Shown piece after piece: positions 13,701 to 26,459 of a DNA stretch of 64,000 nt. The stretch covers positions 10,726,001-10,790,000 of the forward strand of contig OZ024765.1 in NCBI GenBank assembly GCA_964016885.1. The letters run 5' to 3'. Made by a program: the position numbers and the translations under genes. Position 1 is the stretch's first letter; every line of letters starts with the position of its first letter. The DNA is from Eledone cirrhosa (lineage: Eukaryota). The notes beneath the pieces were generated by a model. The model saw only the letters and a list, made by a program, of their open reading frames with translations, ran no database searches and was not told where the DNA came from.

Positions 13701-16700
13701 GTATATATAGAGTAATGTAAATGTTATGTGAGATATTATGTGAGGTAAAGCCTTTACCATGAAACTACAATACAATAGTATATATAGAGTAATGTAAATG
13801 TTATGTGAGATATTATGTGAGGTAAAGCCTTTACCATGAAACTACAATACAATAGTATATATAGAGTAATGTAAATGTTATGTGAGATATTATGTGAGGT
13901 AAAGCCTTTACCATGAAACTACAATACAATAGTATATATAGAGTAATGTAAATGTTATGTGAGATATTATGTGAGGTAAAGCCTTTACCATGAAACTACA
14001 ATACAATAGTATATATAGAGTAATGTAAATGTTATGTGAGATATTATGTGAGGTAAAGCCTTTACCATGAAACTACAATACAATAGTATATATAGAGTAA
14101 TGTAAATGTTACGTGAGATATTATGTGAGGTAAAGCCTTTACCATGAAACTACAATACAATAGTATATATAGAGTAATGTAAATGTTATGAGATATTATG
14201 TGAGGTAAAGCCTTTACCATGAAACTACAATACAATAGTATATATAGAGTAATGTAAATGTTATGAGATATTATGTGAGGTAAAGCCTTTACCATGAAAC
14301 TACAATACAATAGTATATATAGAGTAATGTAAATGTTATGTGAGATATTATGTGAGGTAAAGCCTTTACCATGAAACTACAATACAATAGTATATATAGA
14401 GTAATGTAAATGTTATGAGATATTATGTGAGGTAAAGCCTTTACCATGAAACTACAATATAATAGTATATATAGAGTAATGTAAATGTTGTGAGATATTA
14501 TGTGAGGTAAAGTCTTTACTGTGAAAATACAATAGTATATATAGAGTACTGTAAATGTTGTGTGAGATATTATGTGAGGTAAAGCCTTTACCATGAAACT
14601 ACAATACAATAGTATATATAGAGTAATGTAAATGTTATGAGATATTATGTGAGGTAAAGCCTTTACCATGAAACTACAATACAATAGTATATATAGAGTA
14701 ATGTAAATGTTATGAGATATTATGTGAGGTAAAGCCTTTACCATGAAACTACAATACAATAGTATATATAGAGTAATGTAAATGTTATGAGATATTATGT
14801 GAGGTAAAGCCTTTACCATGAAACTACAATACAATAGTATATATAGAGTAATGTAAATGTTGTGAGATATTATGTGAGGTAAAGCCTTTACCATGAAACT
14901 ACAATACAATAGTATATATAGAGTAATGTAAATGTTATGTGAGATATTATGTGAGGTAAAGCCTTTACCATGAAACTACAATACAATAGTATATATAGAG
15001 TAATGTAAATGTTATGTGAGATATTATGTGAGGTAAAGCCTTTACCATGAAACTACAATACAATAGTATATATAGAGTAATGTAAATGTTATGTGAGATA
15101 TTATGTGAGGTAAAGCCTTTACCATGAAACTACAATACAATAGTATATATAGAGTAATGTAAATGTTATGTGAGATATTATGTGAGGTAAAGCCTTTACC
15201 ATGAAACTACAATACAATAGTATATATAGAGTAATGTAAATGTTATGTGAGATATTATGTGAGGTAAAGCCTTTACCATGAAACTACAATACAATAGTAT
15301 ATATAGAGTAATGTAAATGTTATGAGATATTATGTGAGGTAAAGCCTTTACCATGAAACTACAATATAATAGTATATATAGAGTAATGTAAATGTTGTGA
15401 GATATTATGTGAGGTAAAGTCTTTACTGTGAAAATACAATAGTATATATAGAGTACTGTAAATGTTATGTGAGATATTATGTGAGGTAAAGCCTTTACCA
15501 TGAAACTACAATAGTATATATAGAGTAATGTAAATGTTACGCGAGATATTATGTGAGGTAAAGCCTTTACTGTGAAAATACAATAGTATATATAGAGTAA
15601 TGTAAATGTTATGTGAGATATTATGTGAGGTAAAGCCTTTACCATGAAACTACAATACAATAGTATATATAGAGTAATGTAAATGTTATGTGAGATATTA
15701 TGTGAGGTAAAGCCTTTACCATGAAACTACAATATAATAGTATATATAGAGTGATGTAAATGTTATGTGAGATATTATGTGAGGTAAAGCCTTTTACCAT
15801 GAAACTACAATACAATAGTATATATAGAGTAATGTAAATGTTATGTGAGATATTATGTGAGGTAAAGCCTTTACCATGAAACTACAATATAATAGTATAT
15901 ATAGAGTAATGTAAATGTTATGTGAGATATTATGTGAGGTAAAGCCTTTACCATGAAAATACAATACAATAGTATATATAGAGTAATGTAAATGTTACGC
16001 GAGATATTATGTGAGGTAAAGCCTTTACCATGAAACTACAATACAATAGTATATATAGAGTAATGTAAATGTTATGTGAGATATTATGTGAGGTAAAGCC
16101 TTTGCCATGAAAATACAATACAATAGTATATATAGAGTAATGTAAATGACATGTGAGATATTATGTGAGGTAAAGCCTTTGCCATGAAACTACAATACAA
16201 TAGTATATATAGAGTAATGTAAATGTTATGTGAGATATTATGTGAGGTAAAGCCTTTACCATGAAACTACAATACAATAGTATATATAGAGTAATGTAAA
16301 TGTTACGTGAGGTAAAGCCTTTACCATGAAACTACAATACAATAGTATATATAGAGTAATGTAAATGTTATGAGATATTATGTGAGGTAAAGCCTTTACC
16401 ATGAAACTACAATACAATAGTATATATAGAGTAATGTAAATGTTATGAGATATTATGTGAGGTAAAGCCTTTACCATGAAACTACAATACAATAGTATAT
16501 ATAGAGTAATGTAAATGTTATGTGAGATATTATGTGAGGTAAAGCCTTTACCATGAAACTACAATACAATAGTATATATAGAGTAATGTAAATGTTATGA
16601 GATATTATGTGAGGTAAAGCCTTTACCATGAAACTACAATATAATAGTATATATAGAGTAATGTAAATGTTGTGAGATATTATGTGAGGTAAAGTCTTTA

Positions 16701-19700
16701 CTGTGAAAATACAATAGTATATATAGAGTACTGTAAATGTTATGTGAGATATTATGTGAGGTAAAGCCTTTACCATGAAACTACAATAGTATATATAGAG
16801 TAATGTAAATGTTACGCGAGATATTATGTGAGGTAAAGCCTTTACTGTGAAAATACAATAGTATATATAGAGTAATGTAAATGTTATGTGAGATATTATG
16901 TGAGGTAAAGCCTTTACCATGAAACTACAATACAATAGTATATATAGAGTAATGTAAATGTTATGTGAGATATTATGTGAGGTAAAGCCTTTACCATGAA
17001 ACTACAATATAATAGTATATATAGAGTAATGTAAATGTTATGTGAGATATTATGTGAGGTAAAGCCTTTACCATGAAACTACAATATAATAGTATATATA
17101 GAGTAATGTAAATGTTATGTGAGATATTATGTGAGGTAAAGCCTTTACCATGAAACTACAATATAATAGTATATATAGAGTGATGTAAATGTTATGTGAG
17201 ATATTATGTGAGGTAAAGCCTTTACCATGAAACTACAATACAATAGTATATATAGAGTAATGTAAATGTTATGTGAGATATTATGTGAGGTAAAGCCTTT
17301 ACCATGAAACTACAATACAATAGTATATATAGAGTAATGTAAATGTTATGTGAGATATTATGTGAGGTAAAGCCTTTACCATGAAACTACAATACAATAG
17401 TATATATAGAGTAATGTAAATGTTATGAGATATTATGTGAGGTAAAGCCTTTACCATGAAACTACAATACAATAGTATATATAGAGTAATGTAAATGTTA
17501 TGAGATATTATGTGAGGTAAAGCCTTTACCATGAAACTACAATACAATAGTATATATAGAGTAATGTAAATGTTATGAGATATTATGTGAGGTAAAGCCT
17601 TTACCATGAAACTACAATACAATAGTATATATAGAGTAATGTAAATGTTGTGAGATATTATGTGAGGTAAAGCCTTTACCATGAAACTACAATACAATAG
17701 TATATATAGAGTAATGTAAATGTTATGTGAGATATTATGTGAGGTAAAGCCTTTACCATGAAAATACAATACAATAGTATATATAGAGTAATGTAAATGT
17801 TATGTGAGATATTATGTGAGGTAAAGCCTTTACCATGAAACTACAATACAATAGTATATATAGAGTAATGTAAATGTTATGTGAGATATTATGTGAGGTA
17901 AAGCCTTTACCATGAAACTACAATACAATAGTATATATAGAGTAATGTAAATGTTATGTGAGATATTATGTGAGGTAAAGCCTTTACCATGAAACTACAA
18001 TACAATAGTATATATAGAGTAATGTAAATGTTACGTGAGATATTATGTGAGGTAAAGCCTTTACCATGAAACTACAATACAATAGTATATATAGAGTAAT
18101 GTAAATGTTATGAGATATTATGTGAGGTAAAGCCTTTACCATAAAACTACAATACAATAGTATATATAGAGTAATGTAAATGTTATGAGATATTATGTGA
18201 GGTAAAGCCTTTACCATGAAACTACAATACAATAGTATATATAGAGTAATGTAAATGTTATGTGAGATATTATGTGAGGTAAAGCCTTTACCATGAAACT
18301 ACAATACAATAGTATATATAGAGTAATGTAAATGTTATGAGATATTATGTGAGGTAAAGCCTTTACCATGAAACTACAATATAATAGTATATATAGAGTA
18401 ATGTAAATGTTGTGAGATATTATGTGAGGTAAAGTCTTTACTGTGAAAATACAATAGTATATATAGAGTACTGTAAATGTTATGTGAGATATTATGTGAG
18501 GTAAAGCCTTTACCATCAAAAAACAATAGTATATATAGAGTAATGTAAATGTTACGCGAGATATTATGTGAGGTAAAGCCTTTACTGTGAAAATACAATA
18601 GTATATATAGAGTAATGTAAATGTTATGTGAGATATTATGTGAGGTAAAGCCTTTACCATGAAACTACAATACAATAGTATATATAGAGTAATGTAAATG
18701 TTATGTGAGATATTATGTGAGGTAAAGCCTTTACCATGAAACTACAATATAATAGTATATATAGAGTAATGTAAATGTTATGTGAGATATTATGTGAGGT
18801 AAAGCCTTTACCATGAAACTACAATATAATAGTATATATAGAGTAATGTAAATGTTATGTGAGATATTATGTGAGGTAAAGCCTTTACCATGAAACTACA
18901 ATATAATAGTATATATAGAGTGATGTAAATGTTATGTGAGATATTATGTGAGGTAAAGCCTTTACCATGAAACTACAATACAATAGTATATATAGAGTAA
19001 TGTAAATGTTATGTGAGATATTATATGAGGTAAAGCCTTTACCATGAAACTACAATATAATAGTATATATAGAGTAATGTAAATGTTATGTGAGATATTA
19101 TGTGAGGTAAAGCCTTTACCATGAAAATACAATACAATAGTATATATAGAGTAATGTAAATGTTACGTGAGATATTATGTGAGGTAAAGCCTTTACCATG
19201 AAACTACAATACAATAGTATATATAGAGTAATGTAAATGTTATGAGATATTATGTGAGGTAAAGCCTTTACCATGAAACTACAATACAATAGTATATATA
19301 GAGTAATGTAAATGTTATGTGAGATATTATGTGAGGTAAAGCCTTTACCATGAAACTACAATACAATAGTATATATAGAGTAATGTAAATGTTATGAGAT
19401 ATTATGTGAGGTAAAGCCTTTACCATGAAACTACAATATAATAGTATATATAGAGTAATGTAAATGTTGTGAGATATTATGTGAGGTAAAGTCTTTACTG
19501 TGAAAATACAATAGTATATATAGAGTACTGTAAATGTTATGTGAGATATTATGTGAGGTAAAGCCTTTACCATGAAACTACAATAGTATATATAGAGTAA
19601 TGTAAATGTTACGCGAGATATTATGTGAGGTAAAGCCTTTACTGTGAAAATACAATAGTATATATAGAGTAATGTAAATGTTATGTGAGATATTATGTGA

Positions 19701-20537
19701 GGTAAAGCCTTTACCATGAAACTACAATACAATAGTATATATAGAGTAATGTAAATGTTATGTGAGATATTATGTGAGGTAAAGCCTTTACCATGAAACT
19801 ACAATATAATAGTATATATAGAGTAATGTAAATGTTATGTGAGATATTATGTGAGGTAAAGCCTTTACCATGAAACTACAATATAATGGTATATATAGAG
19901 TAATGTAAATGTTATGTGAGATATTATGTGAGGTAAAGCCTTTACCATGAAACTACAATATAATAGTATATATAGAGTGATGTAAATGTTATGTGAGATA
20001 TTATGTGAGGTAAAGCCTTTACCATGAAACTACAATATATATATAGATATATAGAGTAATGTAAATGTTATGTGAGATATTATGTGAGGTAAAGCCTTTA
20101 CCATGAAACTACAATATAATAGTATATATAGAGTAATGTAAATGTTATGTGAGATATTATGTGAGGTAAAGCCTTTACCATGAAAATACAATACAATAGT
20201 ATATATAGAGTAATGTAAATGTTACGCGAGATATTATGTGAGGTAAAGCCTTTACCATGAAACTACAATACAATAGTATATATAGAGTAATGTAAATGTT
20301 ATGTGAGATATTATGTGAGGTAAAGCCTTTGCCATGAAAATACAATACAATAGTATATATAGAGTAATGTAAATGACATGTGAGATATTATGTGAGGTAA
20401 AGCCTTTGCCATGAAACTACAATACAATAGTATATATAGAGTAATGTAAATGTTATGTGAGATATTATGTGAGGTAAAGCCTTTACCATGAAACTACAAT
20501 ACAATAGTATATATAGAGTAATGTAAATGCTAAAGGG
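7797..20537 (-). mobile_element. piggyBac-type MITE carrying a giant internal tandem array
   Basis: ttca|CCCTTTAGCATT at the left and AATGCTAAAGGG|ttaa at the right. The non-array parts are the reverse complement of the ~210-bp MITE at 21149-21356 and 51439-51657. Confidence 0.85.
7940..20529. repeat. Satellite array of 72/75/77-bp units, roughly 165 copies
   Basis: Unit gtgaggtaaagcctttaccatgaaactacaatacaatagtatatatagagtaatgtaaatgttatgtgagatattat (77 bp) and a 72-bp ctgtgaaaat variant. Copy number is estimated from length. Confidence 0.97.
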
Positions 20538-20540
20538 TTA

Positions 20541-21144
20541 ATGATAGGGACTCCAGTCCTACCTTGTTATTATTACTGCTCCCATGTGCACTTATGTAGG
20601 CTTAGCTGGTCTCCTACAAGGTTGTATCTCAGAAAGTTTCTTGTTATTGTTAAAGCTCACACATCCCTATGTAGGGTCTCTATGAGGTATTTCTTAGGAG
20701 GCTTCTCAGGAATTTTAATGATAGGGACCACCAGTCCTATCATGTTATTGTTACAGCTTACACACCCCTAAGTAGGGTTAGCTGGTCTCTGAGGTGTTTT
20801 TTAAGGTTTCTCTGGTGTTTTAATAATAGGGGCCCCAGTCCTATCATGTTATTGTTACAGCTTACACACCCCTAAGTAGGGTTAGCTGGTCTCCATGAGG
20901 TGTTTTTTAAGGTTTCTCTGGTGTTTTAATAATAGGGGCCCCAGTCCTATCATGTTATTGTTACAGCTTACACACCCCTAAGTAGGGTTAGCTGGTCTCT
21001 ATGAGGTATTTTTTAAGGTTTCTCTGGTGTTTTAATAATAGGGGCCCCAGTCCTATCATGTTATCATTACAGCTCTCACATGCATACTCTTATGTAGGCA
21101 TAGCTGGTCCCTATGAGGTATTTGTTAGGGGGTATCTCAGGTGT
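20541..21144 (+). repeat. ~106-bp tandem repeat, same family as 46110-49330
   Basis: ggccccagtcctatcatgtt recurs at 20831, 20937 and 21043. Confidence 0.88.
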
Positions 21145-21148
21145 TGAA

Positions 21149-21356
21149 CCCTCTAGCATTTACATTACTCTATATTTACCATTATATTTTTGCAGAAAAG
21201 GCTTTACCTCACATAATATTGAATCTATGAGATTTTGATATTATTTATTTTGAGAACAATACCTTAACATCAGTATGAGTGGCTAGTTACGGCTGGTTTG
21301 AACGGAAAGAGGTGAGAGAGTTCTGGCCAGATACAGCCAGTTTAAATGCTAAAGGG
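21149..21356 (+). mobile_element. piggyBac-type MITE, 208 bp
   Basis: tgaa|CCCTCTAGCATTT ... AAATGCTAAAGGG|ttaa. Confidence 0.85.
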
Positions 21357-21875
21357 TTAATGTTAGGGGTCTCCTCCCTACCTCATTCCTGACATGAAAG
21401 GTAACTTAAAATGAAGCATCTTTCTAAATAACACAACACGCAACTCAATCCAGGAATTGAATCCACGATGTTGTAATCGTAAGCCCAACACCCTTACCAC
21501 TAAGCCACATGCCTTCTATATGGCTGTAAGACATGGCCAGTGAAAGCAACTGATTTATGCAAGTTGGAATATTTTTTTTTTTCTCACTTTGGTCTTCACT
21601 AAATCTGCTGGCATATTGCCCCCTGAAAGAAATCAATCAATTTACAATTTAAGTATTTCAGCTCTACCTTTACTGCCCCAGACCAAGGTCGTCGTCGTCA
21701 TCATCATCATCATCATCATCATCGTGTAGTTCAGAGGTTCTCAGCCCCCTCCTCTTCACCCCCTCATGGCCAAGTAATGCCCTCAGCGCCCCCCCAATCC
21801 TATTTTTAGAGAGACCTGCCTACAGACAAATTGTAAATATGATATAATAAATAAAACCGTTAATTTGTATATATA

Positions 21876-22162
21876 CTAGCAGAATGGCCCGGCGTTACTC
21901 GGGATTTGCTCTAGGGTTCTTATATATTTGATATATATTTATCCTTATCGAGCCTCGTGAAATAAATACGTTTGTTTATATTTTGTTATTGTGTATGCAA
22001 AAATATCTGTACACGAATATATAATTATATATATATGTATATTAAAATAACAGATTAAAGTTTAAGCAAAGAGTTGCTGCTTTCACCCTTAACGGGATCT
22101 TCTGAAACTAAAAAAATCAATCTGTGAACGCAGAAATAAATATTTCGAAAAATGTTACACAC

Positions 22163-22258
<96 letters not shown>

Positions 22259-22517
22259 TAGCGTCATAATGTTGTAATGCAGACAGCCAGACATACAGAC
22301 ATATTATAAGGGCGCAACATTATATCTATGTATCTATCTAAAAAGACAGATTAAGAATTATAGGGCATTGAAAATTTGAAATATTTTTTGCTCAAAACAC
22401 TCACAGGACCATAAGTATTACATGTGTGAAGTTTGAAAACAATCGGTTGGGTGGTTCTCGAGTTTTAGGGAGTCAGTCAGACAGACAGACAGACATTCTC
22501 TGTTTTAGATATATAGA
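21876..22517 (-). mobile_element. Non-autonomous Helitron
   Basis: On the minus strand: A|TCTATATATC ... CCCGagtaacgcCGGG hairpin ... CTAG|T. This gives 5'-TC, 3'-CTAG, a subterminal hairpin and A/T insertion. Internal (CAGA)n. Confidence 0.8.
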
Positions 22518-22640
22518 TAATATAATTTATACTATGTATAAATAAATATATATATATATATAACGAAGGAAATGTGGTAAGGAACCAGGTGGACCATAAC
22601 GCACCAAAGTACTCAATACTTAGGGTAGTAGAGTGGGTAA

Positions 22641-22750
22641 TAGGAACCAGTGAGACCCCGACAGCTGAGCTCTAGCCGTTTCGACAGCTAATTCTGGAAT
22701 TAGCCGTCGAAACGGCTTGAGCTCAGCTGTCGGGGTCTTACTGGTTCCTA
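22641..22750. repeat. 110-bp near-perfect palindrome (54-bp arms, 2-nt centre, 3 mismatches)
   Basis: taggaaccagtgagaccccgacagctgagctctagccgtttcgacagctaattc-tg-gaattagccgtcgaaacggcttgagctcagctgtcggggtcttactggttccta. Confidence 0.92.
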
Positions 22751-23164
22751 TATATAAATATATATATGTATATATATATAATATGTATCATTTGATATTT
22801 AATATACTATTATATATCTCTGCTGTCTTCTTAGGCCCCAGTGCCCCCTGGAGCTGCTCAATGCCCTCTGAAGGGGGTTAGCACTCACTTTGAGAACTTG
22901 TGGTCTAGTTTAATGTTTTCTTTGCTTGTCACAAGTATTGGACGTTTTGGTAGCCTCCTTCAAAGCATCTCTCCAGAGTGTTCATTCCAGGAATAAGTTT
23001 TTGTTCAGGTTCCAGGCATTCAGATCATCTTTCCAGGTCTTAAGGTCTACATATGTATATGTATTTTTTTTTTATAGACCTAGGTAAAGATGGGATCAGG
23101 TGTGGAATTGACAGTCATTGGAATGTTGGTTCCTTTCATCTATATAAGGTCGATAAAACAAGTT

Positions 23165-23732
23165 CCAGTCTAGTACTGGGGCCGATTCTTCCTCCATATT
23201 TCTTTCTTACTTCCCCTCTCTCGTTCTCCTGTTGAGGTTAACTTTGCCTTTCATCCTAAAACGAACCAGTCTAGTACTGGGGCCGATTCTTCCTCCATAT
23301 TTCTTTCTTACTTCCCCTCTCTCGCTCTCCTGTTGAGGTTAACTTTGCCTTACATCCTAAAACGAACCAGTCTAGTACTGGGGCCGATTCTCCCTCCATA
23401 TTTCTTTCTTACTTCCCCTCTCTCACTCTCCTGTTGAGGTTAACTTTGCCTTACATCCTAAAACGAACCAGTCTAGTACTGGGGCCGATTCTCCCTCCAT
23501 ATTTCTTTCTTACTTCCCCTCTCTCACTCTCCTGTTGAGGTTAACTTTGCCTTTCATCCTAAAACGAACCAGTCTAGTACTGGGGCCGATTCTTCCTCCA
23601 TATTTCTTTCTTACTTCCCCTCTCTCACTCTCCTGTTGAGGTTAACTTTGCCTTTCATCCTAAAACAAGTTCCAGTCTAGTACTGGGGCCGATTCTCCCT
23701 CCATATTTCTTTCTTACTTCCCCTCTCTCTCA
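23165..23732 (+). repeat. 101-bp tandem repeat (~5.5 copies) containing SINE family 1 sequence
   Basis: ccagtctagtactggggccgattc recurs at 23165, 23266 and 23367 onward. The unit includes gaggttaactttgcctttcatcct. Confidence 0.9.
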
Positions 23733-23855
23733 CTTTCTATCCTTCTCTGGAATAAAATCAGCGATGGATTTATACAAACTGGAACATTTTTAACCCTTTA
23801 GCATTTACATTACTCTCTCTATATATACTATTGTATATATGGAGTACAGGCCACA

Positions 23856-26220
23856 ACACAGTAAAGTGGTAGTGTAGGTATTACAACAAAAAGCACCCAG
23901 TCCACACTGTAAAGTGGTGGTGTAGGTATTACAACAAAAAGCACCCAGTCCACACTGTAAAGTGGTGGTGTAGGTATTACAACAAAAAGCACCCAGTCCA
24001 CACTGTAAAGTGGTGGTGTAGGTATTACAACAAAAAGCACCCAGTCCACACTGTAAAGTGGTGGTGTAGGAATTGTGACAAAAAGCACCCAGTCCACACT
24101 GTAAAGTGGTGGTGTAGGTATTACAACAAAAAGCACCCAGTCCACACTGTAAAGTGGTCATGTAGGTGTCGCGACAAAAAGCACCCAGTCCACACTGTAA
24201 AGTGGTCATGTAGGTGTCACAACAAAAAGCACCCAGTCCACACTGTAAAGTGGTCATGTTGGTGTCACGACAAAAAGCACCCAGTCCACACTGTAAAGTG
24301 GTCATGTAGGTGTCACGACAAAAAGCACCCAGTCCACACTGTAAAGTGGTCATGTAGGTGTCACAACAAAAAGCACCCAGTCCACACTGTAAAGTGGTCA
24401 TGTAGGTGTCACGACAAAAAGCACCCAGTCCACACTGTAAAGTGGTCATGTAGGTGTCACGACAAAAAGCACCCAGTCCACACTGTAAAGTGGTCATGTA
24501 GGTGTCACGACAAAAAGCACCCAGTCCACACTGTAAAGTGGTCATGTAGGTGTCACAACAAAAAGCACCCAGTCCACACTGTAAAGTGGTGGTGTAGGTA
24601 TTACAACAAAAAGCACCCAGTCCACACTGTAAAGTGGTGGTGTAGGAATTGTGACAAAAAGCACCCAGTCCACACTGTAAAGTGGTGGTGTAGGTATTAC
24701 AACAAAAAGCACCCAGTCCACACTGTAAAGTGGTCATGTAGGTGTCGCGACAAAAAGCACCCAGTCCACACTGTAAAGTGGTCATGTAGGTGTCACAACA
24801 AAAAGCACCCAGTCCACACTGTAAAGTGGTCATGTTGGTGTCACGACAAAAAGCACCCAGTCCACACTGTAAAGTGGTCATGTAGGTGTCACGACAAAAA
24901 GCACCCAGTCCACACTGTAAAGTGGTCATGTAGGTGTCACAACAAAAAGCACCCAGTCCACACTGTAAAGTGGTCATGTAGGTGTCACGACAAAAAGCAC
25001 CCAGTCCACACTGTAAAGTGGTCATGTAGGTGTCACAACAAAAAGCACCCAGTCCACACTGTAAAGTGGTCATGTAGGTGTCACGACAAAAAGCACCCAG
25101 TCCACACTGTAAAGTGGTCATGTAGGTGTCACAACAAAAAGCACCCAGTCCACACTGTAAAGTGGTCATGTAGGTGTCACGACAAAAAGCATCCAGTCCA
25201 CACTGTAAAGTGGTCATGTAGGTATTACGACAAAAACACCCAGTCCACACTGTAAAGTGGTCATGTAGGTGTCACGACAAAAAGCACCCAGTCCACACTG
25301 TAAAGTGGTCATGTAGGTGTCACAACAAAACGCACCCAGTCCACACTGTAAAGTGGTCATGTAGGTGTCATGACAAAAAACACCCAGTCCACACTGTAAA
25401 GTGGTCATGTAGGTGTCACGACAAAAAGCACCCAGTCCACACTGTAAAGTGGTCATGTAGGTGTCACGACAAAAAGCACCCAGTCCACACTGTAAAGTGG
25501 TCATGTAGGTGTCACGACAAAAAGCACCCAGTCCACACTGTAAAGTGGTCATGTAGGTGTCACGACAAAAAGCACCCAGTCCACACTGTAAAGTGGTCAT
25601 GTAGGTGTCACGACAAAAAGCACCCAGTCCACACTGTAAAGTGGTCATGTAGGTGTCACGACAAAAAGCATCCAGTCCACACTGTAAAGTGGTCATGTAG
25701 GTATTACGACAAAAACACCCAGTCCACACTGTAAAGTGGTCATGTAGGTGTCACGACAAAAAGCACCCAGTCCACACTGTAAAGTGGTCATGTAGGTGTC
25801 ACAACAAAACGCACCCAGTCCACACTGTAAAGTGGTCATGTAGGTGTCACGACAAAAAACACCCAGTCCACACTGTAAAGTGGTCATGTAGGTGTCACGA
25901 CAAAAAGCACCCAGTCCACACTGTAAAGTGGTCATGTAGGTGTCACGACAAAAAGCACCCAGTCCACACTGTAAAGTGGTCATGTAGGTGTCACGACAAA
26001 AAGCACCCAGTCCACACTGTAAAGTGGTCATGTAGGTGTCACGACAAAAAGCACCCAGTCCACACTGTAAAGTGGTCATGTAGGTGTCACGACAAAAAGC
26101 ACCCAGTCCACACTGTAAAGTGGTCATGTAGGTGTCACGACAAAAAGCACCCAGTCCACACTGTAAAGTGGTCATGTAGGTGTCACAACAAAAAGCACCC
26201 AGTCCACACTGTAAAGTGGT
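23856..26220 (+). repeat. 48-bp tandem array (~49 copies) derived from the RTE/SINE 3' UTR
   Basis: Unit aaaaagcacccagtccacactgtaaagtggtcatgtaggtgtcacgac. It runs straight into gttaggaagggcatccagctg...gatgatgat (26225-26375). Confidence 0.95.
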
Positions 26221-26459
26221 TGCCGTTAGGAAGGGCATCCAGCTGTAGAAATCAAGCCAAAATCATTTCTGTGTGAGCAAGACATTGTCACCTGACCTGG
26301 CATTGCCCACCACAGGACAACTCGTCTAACCCATGCTAGCATGGAAAGATGGATGTAAATCAGTGATGATGATGATAATAGTAAAGGCTTTATCTCACAT
26401 AATATTGAATCTACAAGATTTTAAAGTTATTTATTTTGAGAACAATATCTTAATGTCAG

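Larger units (their letters stand above)
21732..22902. mobile_element. Non-autonomous hAT (Charlie-like) element with nested insertions
   Basis: Ends CAGAGGTTCTCA ... TGAGAACTTGTG. 8-bp target duplication gtgtagtt (21724-21731) / gtctagtt (22903-22910). Confidence 0.7.

Noticed and set aside
7916-19732. Long ORFs with repeating YFHSKGFTSHNISHNIYITLYILL / VKALPHIISH peptides
   Set aside because: They arise from 72- and 75-bp satellite units being multiples of three; the 77-bp units break the frames and there is no gene structure.
23805-26238. Cys-rich ORFs up to 481 aa (CGLGAFCRDTYMTTLQ)n
   Set aside because: Translation of a 48-bp array derived from a retroposon UTR, with single-base deletions that shift frame.
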